A stretch of 63,966 nt of DNA, counting the filler, from Dicyema japonicum (lineage: Eukaryota > Animalia > Dicyemida), in the NCBI GenBank assembly GCA_011109175.1. It is 4 parts of 4 records of this genome, joined end to end, with 100 filler letters (N's around TTAATTAATTAA, not from the genome) between each part and the next. Parts side by side here need not be neighbours in the genome. Positions count along the whole stretch, not along the records: positions 17,778 to 32,713 come from RDEW01000060.1; positions 32,814 to 62,282 come from RDEW01000015.1; 2 more parts are not named here. One strand, given 5' to 3'. The translations under genes were made by a program, and so were the position numbers. The notes beneath the pieces were generated by a model. That model did not search any database. It was given only the letters and a program-made list of their open reading frames with translations, and was not told where the DNA came from. Of the stretch, positions 24,480 to 37,360 are shown in pieces. Every line of letters starts with the position of its first letter. The first letter of the stretch is position 1.

Positions 24480-25500
24480 TCCAAAATTCGCGCAACTCTC
24501 CTGCTTAAGGCTTTGATAGGCTATGTATCCTCCACTTGAATCACATCGTACCTAGTGGAGTCAATGCTCTCAAGGCCATTTATGAATTCTCAATTAACTC
24601 ATGTTTTATTCTTACATTATGCAAGAAATCGATGATTATCCCTGGACTCAAAAACAACAAGGATTCCTTCTACAGACTTATTTCGTCAGTTGTATCGAAG
24701 ATTTTGAACGAGATTTCAGACTACCTGTATGTTTTCCATTCCATATGTCCCGATTCCGCTACCTCCCCAAAGGTCTCCCTCTGGAATCCGTTCTCTCACC
24801 ATCATTTTTAACCCAAACCTCATCGACATCCTAATGACCTAGAAAACGATCCTTCTATCATACGCCAATGACATTGATATTGCATCCAAGGATAAACGCA
24901 TTCAATTGGTATCTTTGATGTCTAAGAAATTCTGACTGGATGGTGACAAACTGGATATCTCCATCCACGTCGAAATCCTCAGTAACAATCTTTACAACTG
25001 ACCGGAGACAATTTAACCACAGACAGAGTATATACCTCAACTACGAACTCCTGAACCACGTTTGACACTTCACTCAGTTTTGAAGTACTTTCCACCAGAA
25101 AAACGAAAATAAAACATTTTCCAAAAAATACCTTGCCACTCGAACAGCCAGCAAAAAAGTGTCTATCTTCTTGTACAAAAAAAATTCATTAGGACGACGC
25201 TAAATTATGCTTCCCCATGATGGATCCCTTTTATAGGGCATTATCCGTCTCTTTCTAGGACTGAGAGAGAAGTTCGGGATATCTTTGGTTACCCTGGACC
25301 TCCAAAACTCAACGTCAAAGTAATGGATCTCTGGTTTTTGAAAATTGCCAGTTTCCTAAATTTTAGCGAAAATGAGGAGGTAATAATTTAAGACTGCAGC
25401 CATTGTTGGTTGAGTGGTTGGCACCTCTCTAAGAATGTCTAGTCTTACGATTGGCGTTCTTCAGATGCACCAGACTCTATTCAAAAACTTAGTGAAGAAG
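24480..25500 (+). mobile_element. Highly degraded LINE RT region
   Basis: SSVVSKILNE and SYANDIDI (YADD-like) remnants in broken frames. Confidence 0.45.
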
Positions 25501-25749
25501 GCTAATGCACAATGGAATAAAGTATCGATTTCCATGACAGCATTGGCGTTTATGGCGGTGCCCAAATGGCCCTTCGACGTGAGTGGCCTAATACCGAAGG
25601 CACATTACAAGACACCAGTTATTCTCCCAAAAATGCTGGTACATAGAAAACAATTACAGCTGTGGAGTTGAGAAGGTCATTCATTACCAAGGCCACACTA
25701 AAAACTCGCTAAACCTCATAACAATTTTACGTTTTTTTTCATATTGTGG

Positions 25750-26560
25750 GAAATCCAAATTAATACAAAGTCATTCATGTGAAACTTTTACGTATGTGCA
25801 GCTCAAGACACATGCTCTGATTTCAACTCATGTAATCTGTAATCCTATGGTCTCAACCCCCTTTTGAATCTTTCAGTTTGATCGACTGGAGAGCAAATCT
25901 TAGCCTACACGAAAGCAGCTTTTGTGGCAAACATCCTTCCGTAACTATTTACTGCGTTTGGGTATTTGTGTTTGCCGTTAATATTCTGGAATAGGTTTTC
26001 CGACTCTGACGGTGAACACCATGTTTAACAGTAAAATTCTGATAACTTTTAAACTAGACTTGTCCCCCAATTGTTCAAGTTCCTCCATCCACGTTATCTT
26101 GTAATAGGCTCCTGATAAGTCTATTCCCATAATATTGGTAGTATTTGTGTGTCTCTGGTGCGTCGTTCATCTCCTACTATGACCCCACTTTATCAGCGGT
26201 GGATCTTCCTACACCGATCCCGCTTTGGTTTTCAAATCAGTATTTATTAGCGGACCCCTTATCCATTCTAACACAATAATTGTCAAAACTTTGAGTAATA
26301 TGCAATGTTTTCCAACGATCTTGTGGCCTTATTTGTCTTGGAATCAATAGCCGATTGAACAGTTCAGTTTGTGAAAAGCCTACCATTGCTATTTTACAAT
26401 ACAGACCAATACTCTAGCAAATTCTGATCCCAGGGTTTCTATGGCTATTAAGTTTTTACAATTTCGACTTTGCAATAATTACTTTTTCTAAGTCATCCAT
26501 CAAATACAATGAATACTGCAGTAAAAAATTATTGAAATGAGTAGTGATTATTTCATCTTG
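25750..26560 (-). mobile_element. RTE-like LINE RT fragment
   Basis: ENQSG..GRSTAD and IMGIDLSGAY (RT motifs), with stops. Confidence 0.6.
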
Positions 26561-26673
26561 TTCTGGGCTGCCTATTGGTTCTAACACAAATAATCAAATA
26601 TATTTTTATAAATTAATATAATTTATTTTAAGCGGGAAATTATTAATTTAAAAAATGATCACAAGCAAATCAT

Positions 26674-27339
26674 TTACGGACAGTAAGAAGTCGTGGTCAC
26701 ATTTGTGAAAAGTACGTAAAGTCCGTAATAGTGGCATTGAAATAAACTCAGTTTTACTTCGTTTTTCATCATTTTACGTCCCTCACTGGAGTACATGGAG
26801 TAGATTACTTGTTCATCAGTGGCAGTCATATTCATGGAGATCATTTTGTCAAAGAAATTTTCGTAGGCATCGCAAAATGCAGAAACTGGTCCAATATGAC
26901 CTGCAAAAGAAGCGCCAGATACCCAAACTTTTACTTTTTTGACTATTGTTTCGATCGGATAATCATAGAACTTGTATACTTGACTCATCAACACACGTGT
27001 CTCGTCCATATATTCCGACGTTCTCACTGAGAAATTGAATTTAGACATTACTCGGCGAAATAGCCCAATATCAACCCAGGCGACGTAGGAAAAGTTAGCA
27101 TGCAAGAGTTTAATAGCCCGCCTAACCATGTCCTGCTTGGAATGCATGACAGCACAATAATCATAATTGCCGTTTTGTAGATCTTTGCCAAATCCCGGAA
27201 GCTTAAATATACGTTTGATTTCGTCAATTCTCCGGAAGCCGAACAGTTCTGATCTATTCACGTACAATAATGTAGTTGGAAGATTTTTTCTGATTTTTTT
27301 CATATGCTTTAGGAATTTCTGATCGTCCGAGAAAAAGAC
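26674..27339 (-). CDS. HtrL/YibB-like protein, paralog 1 (5' part lies in an N gap)
   Basis: Y..VMHSK, YVAWVDIGLFR, WVSGASFAG, TDEQVIYS; roughly three-quarters identical by eye to the 30443-31359 protein. Confidence 0.65.
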   Translation of the reverse strand, partial: VFFSDDQKFLKHMKKIRKNLPTTLLYVNRSELFGFRRIDEIKRIFKLPGFGKDLQNGNYDYCAVMHSKQDMVRRAIKLLHANFSYVAWVDIGLFRRVMSKFNFSVRTSEYMDETRVLMSQVYKFYDYPIETIVKKVKVWVSGASFAGHIGPVSAFCDAYENFFDKMISMNMTATDEQVIYSMYSSEGRKMMKNEVKLSLFQCHYYGLYVLFTNVTTTSYCP

Positions 27340-27759
27340 NNNNNNNNNNNNNNNNNNNNNNNNNNNNNNNNNNNNNNNNNNNNNNNNNNNNNNNNNNNNN
27401 NNNNNNNNNNNNNNNNNNNNNNNNNNNNNNNNNNNNNNNNNNNNNNNNNNNNNNNNNNNNNNNNNNNNNNNNNNNNNNNNNNNNNNNNNNNNNNNNNNNN
27501 NNNNNNNNNNNNNNNNNNNNNNNNNNNNNNNNNNNNNNNNNNNNNNNNNNNNNNNNNNNNNNNNNNNNNNNNNNNNNNNNNNNNNNNNNNNNNNNNNNNN
27601 NNNNNNNNNNNNNNNNNNNNNNNNNNNNNNNNNNNNNNNNNNNNNNNNNNNNNNNNNNNNNNNNNNNNNNNNNNNNNNNNNNNNNNNNNNNNNNNNNNNN
27701 NNNNNNNNNNNNNNNNNNNNNNNNNNNNNNNNNNNGAGGAGTTATCAAAAATTCAATCT

Positions 27760-28000
27760 TTTAAAGAATCTGGTGTGTTACTCAAAACCATTTTGGACGA
27801 GACAGAATGTTTGATATTTTAGGAGACTATGTATGCCATCAAGAGCGAGGTAGTAATCGTTACATAGTTGATCTTATAGATCTTAGGCGATGCGCTGATT
27901 CGAATGATTCAAAGTCATGGGTTTTCTTTTTTTCTCTAGCTCTAGGTTCTTGTGATAAATGACTCTTTTTCAAAATGTGCTGCGGTTGAGTTATCTTTCA
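27760..28000 (+). mobile_element. Integrase (rve) element fragment related to 6127-7885
   Basis: RYIVDLIDLRR..DSND.KSW mirrors RYISDLVDLRRYSSLNDSYSW. Confidence 0.55.
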
Positions 28001-29379
28001 CTAAGACCGGAAAAGAAATATCTACTCACTTTAAAAACAGAAGAAAATGGAAAGATGACGAAGACGATATCGTAGTTGGGATTTTGTTCTTTTGAGAGAA
28101 GACGTGGATTCGAACAATAACAGTTGAAAACTTCACTAAGACCGGAAAAGAAATATCTACTCACTTTAAAAAAAGAAGAAAATGGAAAGATGACGAAGAC
28201 GATATTGTAGTTGGGATTTTGTTCTTTTGAGAGAAGACGTGGATTCGAACAATAACAGTTGAAAACTTCCTTACAAAAATATATGAAATTATTGAAGAAA
28301 ATAGCTATCTGACTACATAAAAGACGCGACTGGAAATGTTAGTATCACGATTAAATTTTTTTGTTTTTTAGATGGTAAAATTAAAATTTAACTATGTTCG
28401 TTTTGCGCTAATTAATGTGGTGCATAAAATTATTTAAATATTATTTAAGGGGGTAATATGTATTTATTTAATTTTTTAGAAGGTTCTTTATAAACCGTGT
28501 TTTCTTAACAACCGGTTACATTATTTATAGACAGCACACACGTGAAATTTAATTTATCACCCCGGAAGCTAAAAGAAAAGAATAAGAGTTAGGAGATTAT
28601 AAAATACTAATAATTTCAGCTGGTTCTTCATAAGGCTTCTAGAAACGGTCAAGTCTTAATGACAGATTCCATAATTTTTTACCATGGGAACAAAAAAATT
28701 AATCATAAAAATACTTGATCTCCAACTANAAAGAAAAGAATGAGTTAGGAGATGATAAAATACTAGTAATTTCAGCTGGTTCTTCATAAGGCATCTAAAA
28801 ACGGTCAAGTCTTAATGACAGATTCCATAATTTTTTACCATGGGAACAAAAAAATTAATCATAAAAATACTTAATCTCCAACTATAAAGTCATATGGCAT
28901 ATTTACTGTGAATATCTAATACAGTTAAAATCCATTTGTACTCGTCATTCTAAGGACTCGAATTTTTGACATGTAATATATACTTTAAAAAAATGGAAAA
29001 CCTGCATCCTAAACAATATTTTACAACAGCTTCAATAACATTTCTTTTGATGACAATGTGTGAACACTCTTTGATTAACTTGTTGATTCGGGAGTGATTA
29101 TTTATATGGAGAGCATAACCTATTGTATGGATTTTGGATTAGGGTTAGGGATTAGGATTAGACCATTCATTATGAAGTAAAAGATTTTTTTATAGATCTG
29201 AAAATTCTAGATCTGATCTGATTAATATCCAAGGATACTCTGGAGAGTTGGTGATTTAAGAAAATTTTTTGGCATTCGGTAAGATGATTCATAACCGGCA
29301 CGTCGAAAAGTGAAAAATAATCATAATTCTTTAATTAATGATAATTCCAGGTTGACTGTCTAGGCCTGCTCCACTCTCC

Positions 29380-29850
29380 TACAGAAACAGTGCAGGCAGA
29401 TCTCCCAGGCACATGGCCTTGAATTAAGTCGTTAGGCTAGCTTTACGCGCTGCCAGACATCTTTCTATGCTTGAATCGGTCGGGCTTTGAAGACGTGATG
29501 GGAAGCAACTAATTGGGATTACCGTCTTCCCTTTGAGGCTTTGATATCTCTTGTCTGGGACTCACATGCGCCGATACATACCCCCCTTGCAACCTACATC
29601 AGAGTGCCTATAGAACCCTTTCTTCCACTGAAAAGGCCGAGAAGTCTATACGGGCAAAGTACGCCATCCTATCAAAAGATTTTTTGTTCCGTTCGAGGTT
29701 GAAACGTCTGATTCCCTAGCGCCTGCGACGCAAGATTTCCTATGTCTTCTAGGGAATCGGATTTCTACAAGAATAGATCCCCCTGAGCGTTGCTGTCTAT
29801 GTGAATAAATCTCGCTCGCCATCTTAAAAGGAAAATCCACGTACTCAGCT
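29380..29850 (+). mobile_element. CRE-clade LINE, 3' fragment
   Basis: LESVGL.RRDGKQLIGITVFP, LVWD..CADT, FVPFEVETS, ISLAILKG. Confidence 0.7.
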
Positions 29851-29899
29851 TTTGTATGATCCTCAGCTGACTTCCTTTATTTTAATACTCTGGTAGCTA

Positions 29900-30390
29900 A
29901 AAAATTCTTTAATCTTAATATTAAGCAGATTAGGGGATCTAGGTGACAATCGAGTTGTCTCGAATGCTGCACAACTTGAACTAGATTTTTTCCACCTAAG
30001 ACAACATAGATCCTCCCTAGTACTTAACTGGCCAACAAGAATAAACAAGGAATCACTATATAAGAGATGTTGTACGGGTCCACTGATTCTCGAAGTTATT
30101 GATATGCGTTGGAGGCTATTTGGACATATCTTGCAAATGGACTTGGGTGCTCCAGCTAACATAGCAATGGAGGACTGCTTCATGAGACAGGGACCGTGTT
30201 TCCTTGGACGTCGGCGTGTTACACTTCCAGAAACTCCTGATGGAGATCTAAAGCGTGTGGACAAGAGTCAAAGAAGTAGAGACGATCTAGACGAAGTGAA
30301 GAGGTTTGAAGAGGTTGGTTCGGGGGATTGTTTCGAATACTGCGAAATTATAACGGTTTTACGCATGTTGGCTATAATAATAAGATAATC
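29900..30390 (+). mobile_element. RTE-clade LINE, 3' end
   Basis: FHLRQHR..LNWPTRINKESLYKRC, RWRLFGHILQM, GRRRVTLP; TAATAATAA tail at ~30375. Confidence 0.75.
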
Positions 30391-30442
30391 TAACTAAAGA
30401 CTGGAAAGTAATGTGCTAAGTGAATTATCACAAGCAAATCAT

Positions 30443-31359
30443 TTACGGACAAAAAGCATTCGTAGTCACATTAGAGAATAGTACATAAAGTCCATAATAA
30501 CGGCATTGAAATAAACTTAACTTTACGTCGTTTTTCATAATTTTTAGTCCCTCACTTGAGTACATGGAGTAGATTACTTGCTCATCAGTTGCAATCAGAT
30601 TCATGGACATCATCCTGTTGAAGAATTTCTCATAAGCGTCACAAAAAGCAGAAACCCGGTCAATATGACCTGCCAAAATAGCTCCGGATACCCACGCCTT
30701 TGCTTTTTTGACTATCTTTTCTATCGGATAATCATAGAACTTTGCTACTTGACTCATCAACACACGTGTCTTGTCCATATATTCTGACGTTCTCAATGAG
30801 AACATGAAAGTAGGCACTGCTTGGCGAAATAGACCAACATCAACCCAGGCGATGTATGAAAAATTACCATAGAAGAGTTTGATAGTCCGTCTGATCATGT
30901 CGTGTTTGGAGTGCATAATAGCCGAGAATTCATAATTGCCGGTCTCAAGAGGATGCTTGCCAAATCCAGGAAGCGTAAATATATGTTTTATTTCATCAAT
31001 TCTCCGGAAGCCAAACAGTTCTGATCTATTCACGTGCAATAATGTAGTGGGGAGATTTTTTCTGATATTTCTCATACGATTCAGGATTTTCTGATCGTCC
31101 GAGAAGAAGACGAGGTGGTTCTCAATATACCCATAGTCGTACATCCAGATAAAATATGTATTAGGACTTCGAGGTCCATTGGGTTTTATGAATTTTCCAA
31201 TACTGTAGTAGGCGCTTACTAACAGGAATTTGTCGCCTATTATTTCCTTTCTGATTACTTCCTAAGATATTACGAGTGACTCACTTTGATTGTTAAAATC
31301 TGATGAATTAGTATCCGAAATAGTACTAAAACCAGAAGGAATTTGTAGTTAATTATCAT
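30443..31359 (-). CDS. HtrL/YibB-like type II membrane protein, paralog 2 (complete, ~297 aa)
   Basis: MIINYKFLLVLVLFRIL hydrophobic N-terminus; one 23-nt GT-AG intron (31262-31284); FLLVSAYYSIG, RSPNTYFIWM, IMHSK, YIAWVDVGLFR, TDEQVIYS. Confidence 0.72.
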
Positions 31360-31479
31360 TACAGGTAAAATATGAATAATATTTTATTTTATATTTTAAT
31401 ATTATTTTTAATAATTTAAAAGTAATTATTTATTTATCATCGACTCAGTTTTGAGATGTAGTTCATAAAAATTTATGTC

Positions 31480-32141
31480 ACCAATAGTCTTTTTTTGGTT
31501 GAGCTGGTGACGTGGCTCTAATAAAGTATTAACATGTCTGAAAAGTACGAACCTTATCTTTTGGAGAAATTCTCGCTGCTCTCATTCAACGTCCGATGCC
31601 TAACCTCTTCTTGGAAAAGGACCTCCCTCTGTCAAGACCTACATAATTACGATGTCGCAATCGGTTGCCTACAGGAAACCAAAATCCAAGATAACCACGA
31701 AGAAACATGTGGTAAATTCAAATTGATCTTTCTCCCGACTGTCAACAGGCACTATGGACTGGGTTTTGCCATCAAAATGGAATTTCTCCCCCATATCTAC
31801 AGAGTATGGGCAGTTAATGACCGCATCGGAGTTCTACAAATGAAGTTTATGAATGCCAAAGCAAGCACTGACATTGTCTCCATTATCAATGTATACGCAC
31901 CTCACAGTGGTTGGATTAACAAAGATCCGGCTCTATTTGATGACTTCTACTCAGATTTATCAGATTTATATTTAGAATTGGTTGACTCCGCACTCCTATT
32001 TATAGCTGGTGACATGGATTACTTGAGGGATTTGGCTCAGGATCGTGGAAAGTGGAGAAAATTAACTAAAAGATTAATGTTTGGTACTGCACTGGTTTTG
32101 TCATTTCCAATGGCAAGACGTTGTGCTTTATAATAATAATA
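31480..32141 (+). mobile_element. Internally deleted mini-RTE: APE endonuclease fused in frame to the element's extreme C-terminus
   Basis: SFNVRCL, GCLQETK, HYGLGFAI, IINVYAPH, FIAGD joined directly to MDYLRDLAQDRGKWR; (TAA)n tail at ~32131-32141. Confidence 0.75.
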
Positions 32142-32713
32142 GTCGTCTGTTCTTAGTGTTTCCTGTGGACATATTAAAATCCTCTATAGTAGTTCGCCAT
32201 TGTGGCAACTAGGTACCAATAAAGGATTGGTTTTGTCACTGAACGTGAACCATCCGTCGCACCAGTAGCTGGCTGTATTGGGATCTTTGCGTCAACTCAA
32301 TGATTTTTGCACTTCAAGGAAGTGTACTTCCTGAGTTCAATCTAAACTCGCTAAAAGGATGACATTTTATATGCTTTCTAAAATTCATATTGGAATCGAA
32401 ATTCAACCCAATTGTTTCACAATGGTGCTGGAGCTGATCTCCTCCACTGGTTGCTTAGTTGAAGAGTTTCCTCTTGTGGTCCTCCGGTCTCAGGTAGCTC
32501 CCAATTCTATGATCGTACTAGAAAAGATATTTCTTTCCCTACTGGCATGCTTATACCCATTCTTAGAAGTAAGCAGAATGATCCCAAACTACCACGTGGC
32601 TAGTCGGTTAGTACAAACTTGAATTTAAAATAATAGATATCTACTTATCTGGTTGATGGTAGTGGAAGTTACTATAACCTAAAATAGCTTAATATCTCAG
32701 AATTAAAAACACA

Positions 32714-32813
32714 NNNNNNNNNNNNNNNNNNNNNNNNNNNNNNNNNNNNNNNNNNNNTTAATTAATTAANNNNNNNNNNNNNNNNNNNNNNNNNNNNNNN
32801 NNNNNNNNNNNNN
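32714..32813. other. Artificial scaffold-joining linker
   Basis: N run + TTAATTAATTAA + N run. Confidence 0.97.
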
Positions 32814-33769
32814 TTTAGAGTATAAGCTTCCTTGTTATTTCTGAAACTATTTCTGTTGGAAAATACGATCCATACTTTACGAAACCTGACAAACAAAACG
32901 AACCTCTATTATTTTAGTTTAGTATATTTCTTTATTCACTATATAATATTATTTTTATTTATTAATCGAGTTTATTTTCTAAAATATTTAAATTATTATT
33001 TTTTTATTTTGTGCTCCATCGTGAATTAATAATGGGTTAATTTGTTGGAGGGTTATGTTGATCACGTACCTTATTGTTTCATGACAGATGAAAGGCCATG
33101 TCTTTCTCTTTCTTGTACACACGGAAGAGGTGATTTACTAAGGGGACATCAGAAACTCAGTTCTAAACAAAGAAAGTGTAGGACGTTCGAATCCCGTCCT
33201 GCCAAAGTAAATCCACCTTTCCCTGGATTTTTCCTGATCAAGAAAATAAATAGATAATCTTAAGATGACTTCAAGTCGTGACTTCAAAATAGGACTAAAG
33301 CACAATTCGACCTTCTCATTGGGTAATTCTAGCGGAGGATTACATAAATACTATCTAGTGATTGTTTCATTCTGAAATGACCTCGATGTAGATTTTATGT
33401 ACATCTGAGTTGTTTCCAACTTGTCAATGTCTGAGAATTAGCACGTGACTTAGTTGATTGGCTCCAATCTATTAATGCTGATAGAACCGCCATTAAAATT
33501 GTCAAGAATACTCAGTAAAAATAATTTCCAAGCGTTTTAATGATTTTGAGAAATATGTTGATCCTTAGACTTGCTTAAATCAAGCAGACTTTAGTTTGAA
33601 TTATTCATTCCCGGCTATTTAACCGACCTGGTGACATAGCTCTGGTGCATGACTTAGCTCTAATACGCTTAATCTCTTCATCTTCTTAAGGTTGATATTT
33701 ATCCCTCTCTTAATGGATTCAGAGACATAAAAGCTTAAATTAAAAAAAAAATCATCGGATGCACCAATG

Positions 33770-34200
33770 TTTGGCTCCGGAGTTTTAGTATGGGATGACA
33801 CATGTGTCGACTTTCTATGTCCTACTAGCATCATCTGAAACCTGGTGAAAGCACTATCCGCTGCAGAGAGGGCTAAGGAAAGAAATACGAAGGGCATATA
33901 GGCAGGTTCAAATTCCGTGCAATGGATGTCGAAACAACTGGAGTGATGGGTAAGAACTCTTTGTCCTGTCTCAAGAACCTGGGTCTTATGGTTATACTCA
34001 GAACCCATAACCTCCGTAAACCCAGTGACTCCTCCAGTTGATCTCCAGAGTTATCGTGAAGGCAACACTGCGTCGATTAGTGGANTCAAGAACCTGGGAC
34101 TTATGGTTATACTCAGAACCCATAACCTCCGTAAACCCAGTGACTCCTCCAGTTGATCGCCAGAGTTATCGTGAAGGCAACACTGCGTCGATTAGTGAAG
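33770..34200 (+). mobile_element. CRE-clade LINE, 3' fragment
   Basis: LVWDDTCVDFLCP, SAAERAKE, DVETTGVMG, ISRVIVK(G)NTASI; partly duplicated across a single N. Confidence 0.65.
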
Positions 34201-35189
34201 AGATAATTTACTTACTTTTTGTTAAAAATTCATTCAATAACCTCATTTCGTTTCCTAGGAACGCAAATATCAGATTGTGGTTAAAATATATTCGTCAAAT
34301 CAAGTCGAATTGGAAATCTGCTAAAATGGCGTTTTAGAGAATTTAAATTAACCTATAAATTTATTCATCTTACTGAGGTGGTGAAGTACCTTGATGAAAT
34401 GACTACTTACCTTCATGATGAAAGCCTTTGCCTAACCTTCTCTTGAGCATTGACTAGGTGACGCATTCAGAAGACAGTGGATACCATGTGTTCTGAGCAA
34501 AGGATTTGAATTCGAATCTCGCCAAGCTCATAATTGAAAGAAATCGGGGGATCATCTGCCAGAAGGTTACGCATACGATAATAGTCCATATGACTGTACT
34601 AGTGGTAATATTGCTTAAGCTGTGTTCCCAAGGGTATAAGAGTGAGTTCAAAGTGCAGATTACCATTTACTAGTGAAAAGTGCGATATAACCGTAAGCAA
34701 TCAAAACTGGCTGTGCTAAACTAGTGATCACTAAACTTTGCTCTAATTTTAGTATCGATCATGAAAATTGACAAGTTCGATATTTTATTCACGATTGATT
34801 AAATTGGCTGAATTTATGGCATTTCCGAGTTTATAAGCATGCAACTTATATTTTATCAGCATAATGCTAGTAAGATAATTTATCTGTAAAACGTNNNNNN
34901 NNNNNNNNNNNNNNNNAATTGACAAGTTCGATATTTTATTCACGATTGATTAAATTGGCTGAATTTATGCCATTTCCGAGTTTATAAGCATGCAACTTAT
35001 ATTTTATCAGCATAATGCTAGAAAGATAATTTATCGGTAAAACGTGCTTGCGTTCAGGCAATTTCCAATATTCTTTCAAACTTTGTACTTTAGTGGTGAT
35101 ACGATAAAGCTGCCAAAAAAATAAAAGCAGTAAATTCCATGCCTATTTTGAAAGAAAAACATTATCATTTTCAATATCAAAACCTAAAG

Positions 35190-36200
35190 GGAATTATCAA
35201 GATTGCATTAAACCAGCAGGTTAGAACTGTCACATGAAATTATCCAATCCTACCTTACGGCATAGACTCTAGACTTCTCTAAGAAACAAAAAGCTATGAG
35301 AATTATTACAGGAGATTCTTCCCCGGAGGCATACACTCATCTCCAGATTTTTCCTCTGAGGCATACACTATGAAAGCAGAAAGCTATGAGAATTATTAGA
35401 GAAGACTNAAAACCTAAAGGGAATTATCAAGATTGCATTAAACCAGCAAGTTAGAACTGTCACATGAAATTATCCAATCCTACCTTACGGCATAGACTCT
35501 AGACTTCTCTAAGAAACAAAAAGCTATGAGAATGATTACAGGAGATTCTTCCCCTGAAGCATACACTCATCTCCAGATTTTTCCTCTGAGGCATACACTA
35601 TGAAAGCAGAAAACTATGAGAATTATTGGAGAAGACTCTTGCCTTGGGACTTGTACTCATCTCTAGGCTTTTTCAGGAAAACACAAAGCGTTGAGAGTTA
35701 TTACAAAATACTTTTGCCTTGGAAAGCTATGAGAATTGCAACAGGTTGGCTAAGACATCAGGAATGAAGCATGCACTCATATCTAGGCCTTTCTAGGAAA
35801 ACAGAAGGTCACTATACATGCAAGCTAGGAGAACTGTATACCCCCTGAACTCCAACCCAGTAACCTGTCCAATTAACAAATTCCTCTACCCATAACAGCT
35901 AGCACTAAACTGAAACCTTAGAACAAATTGTTAAGATAAGNTCAATCATCTCTAGGCTTCTTCAGGAAAGCAGAAAGCTATGAGAATTGCAACAGGTTGG
36001 CTAAGACATCAGGAATGAAGCATGCACTCATATCTAGGCCTTTCTAGAAATACAGAAGGTCACTAAACCTGCAAGCTAGGAGAACTGTTTCACCCCCTGA
36101 ACTCCAACCCAGTAACCTGTCCAATTAACAAATTCCTCTACCCATAACAGCTAGCACTAAACTAAAGCCTTAGAACAAATTGTTAAGATAAGAGTGTCTA
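35190..36200. repeat. Complex minisatellite-like array with a recurring AAAGCTATGAGAATT core
   Basis: About 7 copies of the core within nested ~90-bp and ~230-240-bp direct repeats; some copies are joined by single Ns. Confidence 0.75.
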
Positions 36201-36226
36201 ACAACTAAGAGTAAAGGAAAGTCCAA

Positions 36227-36500
36227 TTAATCCTCATCAACAGAAGCATTTGAGTTATCCCCCCAAACACAAATATTCCTCCTGATTTGATTGTATATTC
36301 CCTTCGAAGTGGGGTTTCCGTCCACAAAATTCTTAAGCTCCATCCCCTTGTTGAAGGCAGTGTTCGCGATTTCCATAGCTTTTTTGTGATCGCGAAGAAT
36401 CTCATAGACAAAGACGCTATAGTTAAGATACAGTCCAAGATAGCTGGAATCCGAAGGCTCCAGTTTATCAGCAATACTTATCCCCTTTACATAAGCTTCA
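36227..36500 (-). CDS. Divergent 14-3-3 family protein, last exon only
   Basis: EAY...LEPSDSSYLGLYLNYSVFVYEIL..KKAMEIANTAF..IRRNICVW matches the LGLALNFSVFYYEI / A..AF / LRDNLTLW pattern. Confidence 0.72.
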
Positions 36501-36599
36501 ANCAAAACATCTAAAAATTTAACTTTAATAAATGAATTAAATTTAAAACTTTGTTAATAATATGTCAGTAATTTTTAAAAATTAAAAATTCAAAGAACA

Positions 36600-36780
36600 C
36601 TTAATTTAGGGAGCTTGAATGGCCATGCTGTTTCCTCTGACAATGGCTATCGAGATATGCTCTCGAAGCCATCCAGTCTCATGTGGATCCTTGGTGGCCC
36701 TTTGGATTATTACGAACTAGATCGTCCACTTATGGGCAAGGATTCCTGACGTCTCAACAGCAAATGAAACAAAAAAGTAA
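36600..36780 (-). mobile_element. CRE-clade LINE, 3' end
   Basis: FAVETSG...KDPHETGWLREHISIAIVRGNSMAI. Confidence 0.7.
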
Positions 36781-37360
36781 TCTTTCGAATATGTTAGTCT
36801 GAAAACATTACCAGTTCGAAAGTGTAGCGCAAAATATCTTATGAATAACTTTTTTCATTCTCATTACGTTTCTCAAAGAATAGTCAAGAAAAGCAACCGT
36901 AATAATTTAAACAGCACAGTAATTGAATATTTGAGGATGGATTTTGTCAGCACAAGCAGACTTCTCCCTTCGGTTCCTTTTTCGGATTAATTATGTATGA
37001 CTGTTTGTGCTAGCTAGACCTACCAAATATTCTAAAGTTAAATAATAAAATCATAAGGTTTACAAAACTATAGACAAAATTAAACAATCGGTTTCGTCTC
37101 TGGGGCCATCGTACCTTTTAGATTACTAGAATGCGTGTCACCCCTCCTTTGTCCTCACTTCGATTACTGAACTACTCCAGATACATCTGACTAATCTCTG
37201 GAGCGTCAGCTATTGGCTGCTACTTAGTCACCATTTCCTTCACTCGAAGGGACTAAAGGTAAGTAAATAAAAGGAAAAATAAGAATTATGACGAATAAGA
37301 GCTTATAAGTGGAAATTTTAACAAAACTACAATCCAATAAATAAGGAAGTAATTGAATAA

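Noticed and set aside
33165-33205. tRNA-like GTTCGAATCCC...CCA motif
   Set aside because: The T stem does not pair properly and no D arm or acceptor stem is found.
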